A stretch of 63,884 nucleotides of DNA, filler included, from Hyphochytrium catenoides (lineage: Eukaryota > Protista > Hyphochytriomycota): the NCBI GenBank assembly GCA_900088475.1. It is 9 parts of 9 records of this genome, joined end to end, with 100 filler letters (N's around TTAATTAATTAA, not from the genome) between each part and the next. Parts side by side here need not be neighbours in the genome. Positions count along the whole stretch, not along the records: positions 1 to 14,949 come from FLMG01003269.1; 8 more parts are not named here. The stretch is one strand, 5' to 3'. The notes below the pieces were generated by a model. The model was given only the letters and a program-made list of their open reading frames with translations, searched no databases and had not been told where the DNA came from. Shown here one piece after another: positions 1 to 12,388 of this stretch. Every line of letters begins with the position of its first letter. Position 1 is the stretch's first letter. The position numbers were made by a program, and so were the translations under genes.

Positions 1-1123
1 CTAGACAAAGCAAGTTCTGCAGAGTATATTAGTCTCAAGCTTAACGACATGGGAGCGACGAAGACAAAGTCATACCGTCAATAATGGAGTTTAGCCCCTG
101 CTCCAGCCGGTGCTGGCGCACGATAACTGCTTTGAGTTGGTCATCACAGAGGAAAAGATGAGGTTCCAAAGCATTCTGGAGTCCGCGGGCGATTCGTGCC
201 TCGCAAAAGCTTATATCTTCCGTAGGTGACTCCTCGTTTGACACCTCCTCTTCTCTCTCATCAGAACCCATCATTGTTGCTACCTGAGTTGGGCCCGAAG
301 AACAGAGGCCGCAAGCTTACGCAGAGACGGATGGAAGGTCACGCAGTATCTATATATCCACCGAGCAAAGGTCATATGGGAAGTCCCTTCTCCTCTTATA
401 TACCTTTTGCTTGCAAACTCGTAGGCAGACGTTTGCTTCGACCGATAGATGTTAGAGTTCCGTGCCCAGCCCTGTCACGCTCTTCTAGGGCGTGACTGGA
501 GGAGCCACACTCTTCTATTACTATTCGCAAGCGCCATAGAAGCTGGCCGTGGACGTTGCCACCATTTATTATCTAGCCAGAACTCTTCACATTTCTTCTT
601 TATTTTTTTAATAGCGTCTGAGAGCTGCAGCTGCAGATGAAGATTTGGCTCTTCGATGGCGGTCTGTGCAGATTTTACCCTTCTGAAGCTTATAATCATG
701 CTTTTGGCCTTTTGCTTCTCCCTATCAGCTTCTCTGTAGGAGCAAAAGAGGGTTTAGATTATGGTCTTATTTGGTCAGATAATAATACGTCTTGATTGGC
801 GTCCGAACAGGTAGGATTAATATCACGGGTAGTATTAGTAATAAGAGAGAGGCAAAATTCTGCTTTTGTAACTGCATAATCGGTCTCTGGGGTTGAGAAA
901 GCGTCGGCTACCCTGGGATGGATCCGCTCCCTCTGTATCGTCAGTCAATCAGATGATGGGGCTTGACAGCCGAGGGAGTTTGGCTCAGGGTAGGGAGTGG
1001 AGGCATACCCCACATTACACGAGGCGGTCAGAAAGATCTTGTTTTGACAAAGAAATCCTTTGGCCTGAAGATTCGCTGCAGACAGTGAGAGAGAGAGAGA
1101 GAAAGAGAATATGAGAGAGAGAA

Positions 1124-1154
<31 letters not shown>

Positions 1155-1611
1155 GAGATCGTCAGAGAGAAAGAAGAGAGAGGAGAGAAGAGCAAAAGAA
1201 AGAAGAGAGAGAGAAAAGAAAGAGAGACAGAGGGGAGACAGAGAGACATAAGAGAAAGAGAGCATCAAAGAGTGAACGAGCGCAAGTTCCACTGCTGCAA
1301 ACTGGGGAGAAGGGCCAACGGCCATATTAACATAGGCGCTGAGAGCCCGTCTTCAGACAGCGTTAGCACCCGCACAGTGAGCACCCAGAGATCAGAACAG
1401 CATATTCCAGCTCTTGAGAACGAGCACTGGACCACCCGTTATCCCCGAGCCACGCTCAAGACTTCCTTAACACTGAAAGGCAAAGAAGGTAAATCCGAGG
1501 CATCGCTTCCACCCACCATGTAACGTACGTAAGGCTCTAACTCATGCCTTCTTGACTGCGGGTGATTCTTGGCCTCTGTCTCCTGCTGCCCGCTGCTATT
1601 TTGAAGGCAAG

Positions 1612-4600
1612 ATGGCGACCAATCACTTCGAGGCCTTTGAGAAGAAAATGAAGGCGGAAGGGCTGAGTGATGCCTTTATCCTCGCCTTCAAAAACTCATA
1701 CGACGCGCTCGTAAAGGGAGAGACCGGAATGATTCCTGAGTCCACGATTGACCCAGCTTCCGGTAGGATGATGGCCTCTTTGTCCTCTTCCACTATCTCA
1801 TTTTGATCCTTTGATCTGTTTCGATGCTCTCCGTATCTCGTGTTCGTTCTCCTCATCGTCCTCTCGCCGGTCTTGCCTCTAGGGCTGGCATACCTTGAGG
1901 GAGGCCAAAACTCTATTCGACAGTCAATCAAGAAAGATCCTTCATTGCTAAAGAAGACTGTGGTGCTCAAACTGAACGGTGGATTGGGTACCTCTATGGG
2001 GCTCGATAAGGCAAAGTCCCTCCTGTATGTTAAGCAGGACGACACCTTCTTGGACTTCATCGCCAAGCAGGTGAGTTTTGGTCAGCGCGCCCGCAGCACT
2101 TGCTGCCTACTTTTCTTCATCTACCTACCCTACTTTCAGCTGATTGCCGAGACCTCTTATCTTACCGGGATGTCTCTGTAGGTGATGAGCATGCGGGAGC
2201 AGTACAAGAGCAACATCCGCTTTATGCTAATGAACAGCTTCAGCACAAGCTCCGATACGCTAGAGTTCCTCACCAAGTACCCAGAACTGCATGATGACCC
2301 TGCGCTGGAGTTGATGCAGCACAAGGCACCTAAGGTTGACGCTAGCACACTAGAACCTGCTGTCTGGGAGAAGGACCCATCCAAAGAGTGGTGCCCTCCT
2401 GGTCATGGTGATCTCTATGCTGCGCTTGAGGGCTCAGGAAAGGTAAGAATGCTCTCCTTTCTTTCCGGCCTCCACAACGTAATTCTCTATTCTGTACCAT
2501 ACTGTCTACTCCGGCAGCTCTTGCTCACACTCAGCTTGTGAAACTGCGTTCTTCTTCCTTAGCCATGCCTCATAGCTGCTTTCTCTTTAAAGGACCTTCT
2601 GCTCAGTGTTCCGCTAACATATTCTCGATTTCTCATAATCATTGCTGCGTTTAGTTGGACGAGCTGCTCAAGGAAGGCTACCTGTACATGTTTGTGTCCA
2701 ACTCCGATAATCTTGGAGCCACCCTGGACTTGGAGCTCCTTACCTACTTCGCTCAGTCTAACAGCCCTTTTCTGATGGAGTGCTGCGAGAGATCGGAGAA
2801 CGATAAGAAGGGAGGACATCTGGCAAAAAGGAAGAGCGATGGAAGACTTATCCTGAGAGAGAGTGCGCAGTGTGACTCTAAGGATGAAAAGGACTTCCAG
2901 GATATTTCGAAGCATCGATTCTTCAACACAAACAACCTCTGGGTCCGGCTGGATAAGCTGAAGGCAGCTCTGAAGGCTGCTGGCGGTAAGTAAGATCGTA
3001 ACGTTTCTTTTTTTGCCAAGGGCCCCGTATAGAGCTTAGATTAAGTCTGATGTAAGGCCGATGGCCCAACAACGGGGGACGGAGGAGGGAAAGAGAGAGA
3101 GAGAGAGATTCCACTTGTCATCCTGCGTTCCTGTATGCCTTACCCGATCAACTGTCAGGTATGATCGCACTACCCCTCATCAAGAACAAGAAGACCGTGG
3201 ACCCTAAGGATTCCGAGTCTACTGCTGTCTACCAGCTTGAGACGGCCATGGGCGCTGCGATTGAGTGCTTCGATGGTGAGCCTAGTACAATGCCTGCATC
3301 GTCCGCTCTCTTTGATCTCACAGCCATAAGCGTCTGCTGGCAGTGCCTTACTCTGTCTTCAATATTCTGCTTTTGCGATGTGGTGGTCCTAATCTCTACC
3401 TCTACTTCCGCAGGTGCTGGCGCTGTTGTGGTGCCTCGCACTCGGTTTGCACCGGTTAAGAAGTGCAGCGATCTACTTATGCTGCGATCGGATGCATATG
3501 AGGTGACAAGCGACTACCGTCCAGTTCTCTCTTCCAAGTGCATGAATAAGCAGGGACCAGTTGTGGACTTGGACTCCAAACAGTTTAAGATTGTCCAGCA
3601 GCTTGAGGCGTCGCTTCAGGTAAGATATAGCTTCGTCATCTGTGCGTGATCCTTTTCGCTTTCGCAACTATCCGATGACTCATTACTGGGTCGCTCCGTC
3701 TGCCTCTAGGGTAATGTGCCCTCACTGGTGGGATGCAAGTCGTTAAAGGTGAAAGGAAAGGTTCTCTTCGCGCCCTCTGTCGTTTTGAAGGGAGATGTAG
3801 AGATCAAGAATGAAAGCGATGAGCCTAAGACCATTCCTACTGGCACTTATGAGAACCAGACCGTCACTCTCACTAACAACAAGGGTCTGGGGCCTCTGAG
3901 AGCACACGAAGTAAAGACAAAGCCATACCCTGGGCAGAAGCCAGGGACCTCTGGCCTGCGGAAGAAGACCAAAGAGTTTATGAAGGTAATGAGCGGCTGA
4001 ATGAAGCGAGAGACATTTCAGTGAAGAGATCAGGGCCACGCAGCAGACACTGTTATCTCAAAAAGCCTTGACAAGTAGAAGGGGAGGAGGTGGACGTGAA
4101 CGAAGGGAAGCCTAAATAGCTCCTACAGTCGAATTGGCAAACTGAGGGTCTGCTATTTCATAGGAGAATTACCTAGCCAACTTCGTTCAAGCGACCTTCG
4201 ATGCGCTTGACCCGAGCACAGTATACGGTGGCACGCTCGTGGTGTCTGGCGACGGGCGCTACTATAACAAGGAGGCCATCCAGATTATCATTAAGATCGC
4301 TGTGGCCAATGGCGTCAGACGCATATGGATTGGTCAGGATGGGCTCTTGTCCACACCTGCGGTTTCCGCGGTTATTAGAGGTAATTGCTGCAATATCGGT
4401 CTTCTGCAGAGCTTGCTCCGCATTCCACATTCCAGTCGCTTTCAGTGTCTTTGGCAGCTTGTGTTCTTCTTCCCCCGACTACTGTCTCTAACCTTGCTCA
4501 TATCCCTTACAGAGAGGGAGGGAGGCTTCGTGGCTTTCGGTGCCTTCATTTTGACTGCCAGCCATAACCCTGGTGGGATTGACGAGGACTTTGGCATCAA

Positions 4601-6031
4601 GTACAACTGCGAGAACGGCGGACCAGCCCCAGAGAAGCTGACCGACCACATCTACCATAATACGACCACCATCTCCTCCATCCGCATGGCCAAGGACTTC
4701 CCTGAGGTGGACACTGCTAAGCTTGGCGTCACCAAGATCAAAAGCGACGACGGCACTCGCGAAGTGTCAGTTGAGGTCTTCCCTAGCGCTGAGGATCACG
4801 TCAATCTGTTGAAGAAGGTCTTCGACTTCGGGGCCATCAAGAAGCTAACTCAACGGCCCGATTTCTCCATGGTGTATGACTGCATGTGGGGTGTGCAGTG
4901 CCCGTATGCACGCCGTGTCTTTGTTGACGAGCTTGGCCTCTCTGAAGACATCATTCTTAGTGGCGAGAGCAAGGAAGACTTTGGTGGAGGACATGCTGAC
5001 CCTAACCTTACCTACGCAAAGGGATTGATCAAGATTATGGGCGTGGATAAGAAGGGGAACCCAGTCGATGATGGCCATACTCCCCCTGCGTTCGGCGCTG
5101 CCTGCGATGGTGATGCTGACCGTAACATGATTCTAGGCTCTCGCTTCTTCGTCTCTCCCTCGGACTCTTTAGCTGTTATCGCTGCCAATGCGACGGTCAT
5201 TCCCTTCTTCCGTGGAGGCCTAAAGGGTATCGCTAGGTCGATGCCAACTAGTGGCGCCGTCGATCGCGTGGCGAAGAAGCTTGGCATCGAATGCTTTGAG
5301 ACGCCAACGGGCTGGAAGTTCTTTGGGAATCTAATGGACTCGAAGGCCATATTCAAGAAGAAGGACTACACGCCCTTTATCTGTGGAGAGGAGAGCTTTG
5401 GCACGGGTTCAAACCATATCAGAGAGAAAGACGGCATGTGGGCTGTACTTTGCTGGCTTTCCATCCTCGCAGCCCGCAACACTGACGCGTCTAAGAAGCT
5501 CGTGAGTGTTGAGGATATTATTCGCGATCATTGGGAGACCTATGGCCGGAACTATTACTGCAGATACGACTATGAAGGTGAGTGACGATGGTGATACTCT
5601 TCTTACAACTCATATGAAGATTTCTTACGGTTGGCCTTGTCATGGTAGGTGTGGACAAAGCCGGAGCCCAAAAATTGATGGAGCACGTGCTAAAGACACC
5701 AGTGGATAAAGCCAACTCCATTGCTCAGCCCAACGGGTTCAAGGTTAAGTTGATTGATGAGTTCAGCTACCACGACCCAGTGGATGGCAGCATCTCTACA
5801 AAGCAAGGCGTCCGCATCATTTTCCAGGACGGGTCGCGCATTGTGTTCCGTCTTTCAGGAACTGGAGTCCATGGGGCGACCATCAGAATGTACATTGAGA
5901 AGTATGAGCCTGCTGATGGTAATCTGACACTGGCTGCTTTAGAAGCGCTGAAGCCCCTGATTGATACCGCTTTGGCTATCTCTGACATGGAGGGCTTTAC
6001 TGGCCGTACCGAGCCCACTGTTATCACCTAA
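1612..6031 (+). CDS. UGP-PGM: UDP-glucose pyrophosphorylase / phosphoglucomutase fusion protein (10 exons)
   Basis: Manually spliced exons 1612-1762, 1883-2070, 2182-2442, 2655-2985, 3159-3275, 3414-3619, 3710-3985, 4164-4380, 4513-5577, 5649-6031, all GT-AG and phase-consistent. UGPase motifs [46 protein letters not shown] motifs GTSGLR, TASHNP (catalytic Ser), DGDADR (metal loop), GEESFG, and C-terminal PTVIT. Confidence 0.96.
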
Positions 6032-6642
6032 GGCCTCGAGGTCTAGTCTAACTGTTAATGGTCATCGTCCTTCACTGCCACTGCTCACCTGCTTTCAAAT
6101 GCTCAGTACGGGTACTGATGGTGTAGTATCGTAGAAGATAGTAGCGTGATGACCGTCGGAGCGTGCCCTGCCATGAGAACAGCTCTCCTATCGTCCCTTT
6201 TCCATCTTCATGATTATCTGGATTGTAAAGGTTTACATTTTATAGTAAGGAACGGGGCCTTGAGGTTCTTGTTTCCATGGAAGTGAATGAGAACGGAAAG
6301 GACACTTATTACAGCATTAGAATTTTACCTGGTGGTATGGTCGATGTTTTTCTGTGATGTGAACTTGCAATTGGGAAATTGCAATTCTTCATTCAGAGGA
6401 TAATGCGGGAAGTAGGGATTTTGGACGCTTTTTTCCCCCTGATTCTGATGTCTACTAAAAGATCTCTTGCAATTCTCACTCTTGTTCGTTGTCAAGCTTC
6501 AAGCTGTGGATGATCTTCGAACAGCTCAATTAGAGAAGCTGCGGGACAAGAGAGGTCAATGCTGTACAACACTTTTCATAAAGAGAAACAAGAGAGAAGG
6601 CATAGATCGTAACAAGGAAGAGAAGACAGTGTTATAGGAGTC

Positions 6643-7477
6643 ATGTCCGTGCGTCGTCCACTCGTGTTCGGGATGAGGGCTGGTGCCTTGGCCTTCCAGA
6701 AAAGAGTTCCTCTTGCGTTGGTATGTTACCCTGATACTTAGTGAAAGCCTTGGACAGCTTCCAACAGTGATTCTTTATAGGAGACGTGTTGCCGAAGATC
6801 GAAAAGCACTTCATCAGGGGTAAGAGCTGATTCTTACAAATCGAAGATATAAAGCCTTAGCTGACGTTCACTGACGACGCTGGGCATCACGTCACTCTCT
6901 ATACCCTTGCCGGCACTCCATTTAATGGCGACGTTTCTAGGAAAGACCGTTCCGCGTCCTTGGCGTCCAACAGATAGCCATCGGGGGGCTGGACAAGGGG
7001 CCACTTTCGAACTTATGGACCAACGTCTTTGGAGTCCCCAAGATCGGTCAGTACAAGAGTGAGAAAGAGAACGTCGATGAAGACATCCTTCTCGTGGGAA
7101 AAGGCTCTTTCAGTGTAGAAATCGACCTAATGCAGCCTCTAAACCCCGATAAGGCACCGAAGGTAATGGATTAAGGCATCCCTAAAGTGGGCAGCCAAGA
7201 AGCCCTTGCTAAGAGTTGTGTTGCCTCCTTGTCCTAACAGGTTCATATACCTCCTCTAAATCATATCGGTCTCTGGGTAGATGACCTGCCAAAAGCGGTG
7301 GAATGGCTTTCTTCCTCCGGAGTCCGCTTCGCGCCAGGAGGGATCCGTCGCGGCGCCGCTGGCCACGATGTAGCGTTCATCCATCCAAAAGGAAATGATG
7401 CCACGCCTCTGAGCGGCGAAGGTGTGCTCATTGAGCTCGTCCAAGCTCCGCCTAAGGTTATCGAAGACCTGAGCTAA
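6643..7477 (+). CDS. VOC/glyoxalase-superfamily protein, methylmalonyl-CoA epimerase-like, with probable mitochondrial presequence (4 exons, ~191 aa)
   Basis: Exons 6643-6720, 6781-6819, 6941-7162, 7241-7477 (all phase 0, GT-AG). Core [15 protein letters not shown]...ENVDEDIL...EIDLMQP...[19 protein letters not shown]...[17 protein letters not shown]...[10 protein letters not shown] is a VOC fold. N-terminus is Arg-rich and acid-poor ([21 protein letters not shown]). Absent from the ORF track. Confidence 0.85.
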
Positions 7478-8029
7478 ATTACCTTTCAAAAGCGCTGGAA
7501 GGTATATTGGCAAGCTATTAATTGCGATTTACGCGGCGAAATTTGAAACGAAACACTGACGAGATTGGGATGGCGACGAAATTCGAAAGTTAAATTCAAT
7601 GGCTGCTAACCTCTAATTGAATCAATACTTTCCGTGGCTTGTTAGAGGAAGAATGGTCTGAGAGTAGAAGGCTAAGTGCTAGATGAGAAAAAGCTTCATT
7701 TTGAGATTCGCCTTCTCCGGTGCAGGACAAAAAGAAGAGTTTTTTTCGCGCAGAGTAGTGGCCCGGGACATCTGGGACGACCGAGCTTCTTTTCGCATTC
7801 CAAGGGGTTAACCTCGCGCCTATATTCTTGAGTTATTCTTCCTGCTGTTGAAAGCTCCGTTGCATTGTTCTGCAGCTGCTTCGCTTTCCCTCTTGTTCCC
7901 TTGGTAATCTTCGTCAGCGTTGTCCATCCATCGTCATCACTGCTTCCCCTGCATTTGCGTCGCTTGCTATCATCAGGCCTTCATGACTCCTTCCTCCTGC
8001 TGATAAGAAGAGTAGAGTCCAGGGCATCC

Positions 8030-9598
8030 TCACCTCTCTGAGATTTGTTTTCCTTTTACTATCCCTGTAGTGTCGTGTGGTGCCGACGGCACAACGGCTT
8101 CTATCAGTCGTACTCGCCTCTTAATCATTGCACAGTCACGGGGGTGTTTGAAGGCAGCGTAAAGGATCTTCAGCATGAGAATGGCTACCGTTACTGCTCG
8201 ATTGAGGCCAAAGTCGAGTACCGAGATTCGCCAACCCGGTCGGCGAATCCCCATCGTGTTTTCCACTGCTGCTGCATCACCTTCTTCTCCACCATCTGCA
8301 TCCCAGAAATGGATAAAGTACGAGCACAGCTTGGAGGGCATAAATATATAGACTAGAACCACAGGGGTCACGAAACTCACAAAGCCAATAACGAGCGTCT
8401 TTCGGAGCCCACGTCTTGCCACAATGGGGTAACAGTCATAGAAGACCCAACCGTTGCACACGAAGAGCCAGCAGTTGAAGCATACGAGGAAGCCTGCGAC
8501 AGAAACGCAAAGAGCTCCCCAAAGTGCGATGGCGAAGGATGTTATCTCAGCCAGAAAGAACAAAGTATCAAAAGTCTGCAGGCTGCGCTTTAGTAGACTA
8601 TAGTTGACGAAGGAGGTATGGCTCACGACGCACCAGAAGTTACAGAGTAGGGATACCATGGACCATATAATGGACATCTTTTCATCCCGGTGGAGCGCGA
8701 AGGCGAAGAGAGCCAGGTAGAAGGTCACATACCAGACCACTGTGGCGGCCCAGGTCAGAAAGACCACCAGTCTCTTTCTTTTGAACCATTTATCAGTTAG
8801 AAATGATCCGAAAACTTTCATCATCAAGCTTTGTTGACTCTCCTGCAGAGAAAGCTCCAAATAGGGTTCTACTGCTAACAGTGCCCGACGTTTTGGCCGT
8901 CTAATTGCGTCGGAGCCAGGAGCAGAAGATGTTCCTGGAAACTGTTGTTGTGGGGAACGAGAAGACAACAAGTGGAGCTGTAGTGACGCAGTGGCAGCAG
9001 CGGTGATGGCATTGATGACGGAAAATCTTGGGAGAGGTGATTTTCGCGAGGGCTGAAGATCTGAAGATGGTACAGCGGTGGTCTTCGTCAGCGGCTCTTC
9101 TACAAGCTGCTTGATCAGATTTGTGGCTGTTCTATCTGCCCGATAATCGGGACGGCGCCGGGCGCGATCATCGGCAGTCTCGAATGTCTTACCAGAAGGA
9201 GTGTTGTTGCTACCTTCGATAGAAGGACCATCATCTTGCTGGTCGTCCTCCTCCACATGCATTGGTGGGCTTCTCGTCCACCTATCCTGGAACTGAGGAG
9301 AAAAGGGATGTACACCCTGATGAGTGCTATGGACAGACGAAACTCCGCATCTGTCCTCCATAGTGTTGTTGGTCTTCTTGTCTATAGTTCCCGCCGAAAC
9401 GTGTAAGGAACGGGAGTGCTGGTCGCGTTCTTGCAGAATCCTGTCAATATCCGCACGGGTCTGAGCTAAAACTGCCTTCGTCTGCATCTTCAGGGTCACT
9501 TCCTGCGTAATGAGGCTGGACAGGAATTGGCAGGCGCTAAGAACTGCCATGTCCAGTTGCTGGAAGCTCAGCTCTTCTGCGGCAGGTGCAATCATCAT
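8030..9598 (-). CDS. Hypothetical protein with disordered N-terminal half and about 6 C-terminal transmembrane segments
   Basis: Uninterrupted 522-aa ORF with hydrophobic segments such as LVVFLTWAATVVWYVTFYLALFAFAL, IIWSMVSLLCNFWCVV, LFFLAEITSFAIALWGAL, TLVIGFVSFVTPVVLVYIFM, AVTVAILMLKILYAAF. Confidence 0.7.
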   Translation of the reverse strand: MMIAPAAEELSFQQLDMAVLSACQFLSSLITQEVTLKMQTKAVLAQTRADIDRILQERDQHSRSLHVSAGTIDKKTNNTMEDRCGVSSVHSTHQGVHPFSPQFQDRWTRSPPMHVEEDDQQDDGPSIEGSNNTPSGKTFETADDRARRRPDYRADRTATNLIKQLVEEPLTKTTAVPSSDLQPSRKSPLPRFSVINAITAAATASLQLHLLSSRSPQQQFPGTSSAPGSDAIRRPKRRALLAVEPYLELSLQESQQSLMMKVFGSFLTDKWFKRKRLVVFLTWAATVVWYVTFYLALFAFALHRDEKMSIIWSMVSLLCNFWCVVSHTSFVNYSLLKRSLQTFDTLFFLAEITSFAIALWGALCVSVAGFLVCFNCWLFVCNGWVFYDCYPIVARRGLRKTLVIGFVSFVTPVVLVYIFMPSKLCSYFIHFWDADGGEEGDAAAVENTMGIRRPGWRISVLDFGLNRAVTVAILMLKILYAAFKHPRDCAMIKRRVRLIEAVVPSAPHDTTGIVKGKQISER

Positions 9599-12017
9599 CT
9601 CGCTCCCTGTTGTTCCTGGCTACACTAGCTTACAGTCATGCCAGCGTTCTCCATGACGAGCGAGAATTAAGCGGACGGTAGCTGCGCTCTAGAGGGAAAG
9701 CTCCTGCACTTGTTCAAACTTTTTGCTAATGGCACGACGAAGCAGACTCAAATAGTAGAGTTGGTCTGCATGGCTGGGACATTTGACAGCCAGAGCTGCC
9801 AGCTTCGCTGCTTCCTGCTCGTTGTAGCCTCTACGTCTTCACACATCACTCAGGACAACAACATGAGAGTTGAAGCGTCGTTATTCTCGAGGAAAAGTGC
9901 GATGCTTGTTCGGACTACTTCATTTTGTTGCCTGTTGATGATGATGATGGACCCAACTGATAACACAACGCTCTATACCATTGCGGGCAGCACGACCTCA
10001 CGCTTTTGCTGATTAGTTGTGTGGCCAACGAACAAGCATTAGTGGGTGCAGAGCTCTTCTTCTCTTTTTTGCAGGGACTATCACGCAATCTTCTCGCCGA
10101 CAGTCAACGAAAGATGTAATAACGATGGCGGTCCTGACAAAAAGCAAAGAGGTACAGGCAGCGGTAAAGAAAAAAGAGCAAAGGTTGCTAGAATCCCGGC
10201 GCGAGGAGACTAGGAAGAGTGAGAAGGTAGGTGAGGAGACAACAGTGGTGGCCGTTCGGTCTGCTGATGATGTAGCATGCGGTAATGAGCGGCAGGACTG
10301 TCGAAAGGAGAAGGCGGCGATGAGTGAACAGTTTGTCGCCTGTCTCCATATCGTCGCTAAAGTAGGTGGACACACCGAAGGATGGAGCTTTGCCTTTATG
10401 CGTTGCTTTATAGTGCGGGAAGAAAAGGAGACAACAAGACTGTATGACCTTGACATCAACATCAGGGGAAACGGCCGAAGGATCAGGGGTCGAGGTAAAA
10501 AGCCCATACAGTAGCTCTGTTTCTAACATTTCTTCAGCGCTTGTGGTGGTGTTTGTTTGCAGAAAACTTTCCATTATTATTAGACTATTTGTAACGGAAG
10601 AAGGTTGTTTGGGACCCACTGTGAACGAGACACTGGATATTTCATGGGTTTTAGAGGGTTGTTTGAGGGGTAAAATCAAGTTTTCGCTCCCATGCAAACA
10701 TATTTACCCATGAGTATTGTTTTGTGAGCCCCTGGACGAAAGCTGGGCAGGGGTAATTGAGGATGATGACTCTGGGGTAAACCAAGGGTAATTGCGAGTA
10801 TTTGGGTGGGCGCGGAAGTGCCAAAACACCCTCACGCCATTGGCAAATGGTTCCTTTGAGGCGTGATGTAGGGTTGTAATTGGTAAGTCAATTGGTAATT
10901 GGCGGGTAGTTGGCAGCAGGTGGGTGGGCCTTCAGTACGCTAGTCTCCCTCACACTCTGCTTTCGCTGTCAAAAATAATCATAGTTGGCGGGTAATGGAG
11001 CCCAGCTCCTGAGGTCCCTCTGTAGGGCTCCAAAAATCCTGACAGATCCTGTCTGCGGCATCTTCTTCGCTTTTCTGAGGATGAGAGCGCCTTTACAGAT
11101 GAAGATCTGTTTGTGGAGCAATTGTTGCCGATACCTAGAAGCTAGAAGGGTGGTATGATGGTCTTGATGTTGACTTTCTTCTTGCCTCAGCGGCTTTAGC
11201 TACTGCTTAGCTAGCATTACGAACCCGTTCTTCTAGTAGTACTAAGTCAGGCGGCGAATGGCTGGGTAGATTTGGTTCAAAGGTTGCGATCAGAGGCCTT
11301 CCTAGCTTCACAGTTAGGGAAGAGGTTGGGTGGCTTTCACCATCTTACTGCTATAGAATACGTCTCCCAGGCTCACCTGGCGAGACAGACAGCATCGAGG
11401 CCATTGCTCAAGACCTTCGTACGGGAACGAGTCCAACGAGAGCTACAATGGGCACACATAGCTTCTTCAGACGCAGGACAAGCTTCGTCTGATGGAGAGA
11501 CTTGTTACAATGAGGTGCTAGAGTTTTTCCGGAGTAGTGGAGCTATCCCAGTGCGGAGCTGAGTTCAGGAAGGAGTTGTAAAGAGATGGCGCAAGCATTG
11601 ATAATAAATGGTGGGAGAGAACAAGGAGCGAATAACCGGAGAAGATGGAGAGGAGAGACACAACAAGAAGATGCAGGGCAGAGAGAAGCTTCGAGGGAGC
11701 AGAGTAAGTAAAAGTCGAAGACGACTGGGACGTACTCTGGTGGGAGCGTTCAGAGAAAACTAATATTTTATCCCCCCAGCTTGTTGCCCCAATAGCTGTC
11801 TGCCATTTTATGGAAAGTATCGGGACGACAAGAAATGTATCAACTGTGATGCAGAACGCAACAAGAAGTTAAAGCCCAGACCCTCCAAGGATACTTCTTC
11901 AGGAATGGGAAGCGAAGGCACCGTTCAGCAGGAAAAGAGGAAAGAGAGAGAGGTCCCTGCAGCATATGTCTTCTACTTCTCCTTGCAAGCCCTAATAAGT
12001 TTGCTGCTAACAGATGG

Positions 12018-12388
12018 AAGAATTCGCCTCTTCTTGGTAGGACCGGGACATTGACTGTCTTGTACCTCTGCAGCTCGCCTTTGTTCTTCATAATCCCCTT
12101 CAGCCTCCTCCTCGTCAGCTTCTGAGCAATGATTGATCCTTTCCGCAATTCTCAAGAGGTATTGTGCTGCTGGTTCATTATCGCCAGGCTAAGCTATCCG
12201 TACAAACAACTAAGACCTGCAGCACAATACCTCTGCAGCACAATACCTCTTGAAAATTGCGGAAGGATCAGTTATTGCTTCAGAAGCTGACGAGGAGGAG
12301 GCTGAAGGGAGCTATGAAGAACAAAGGCGAGCTGCAGAGGTAGAAAGACAGTCAATGTCCCGGTCCTACCAAGAAGAGGCTAATTCTT
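12018..12388. repeat. Long imperfect inverted repeat (~150-bp arms) with a 16-nt tandem duplication at the inner end of the right arm
   Basis: 12018-12170 (aagaattcgcctcttcttggtaggaccgggacattgactg...aagaggtattgtgctgc) is the reverse complement, with scattered mismatches and indels, of 12235-12388 (gcagcacaatacctctt...cagtcaatgtcccggtcctaccaagaagaggctaattctt). ctgcagcacaatacct occurs twice in tandem at ~12217-12248. Confidence 0.92.

Noticed and set aside
41-699. Minus-strand exons of a gene running off the window start
   Set aside because: Composition is plausible, but there is no recognisable motif and I could not build a confident splice model.
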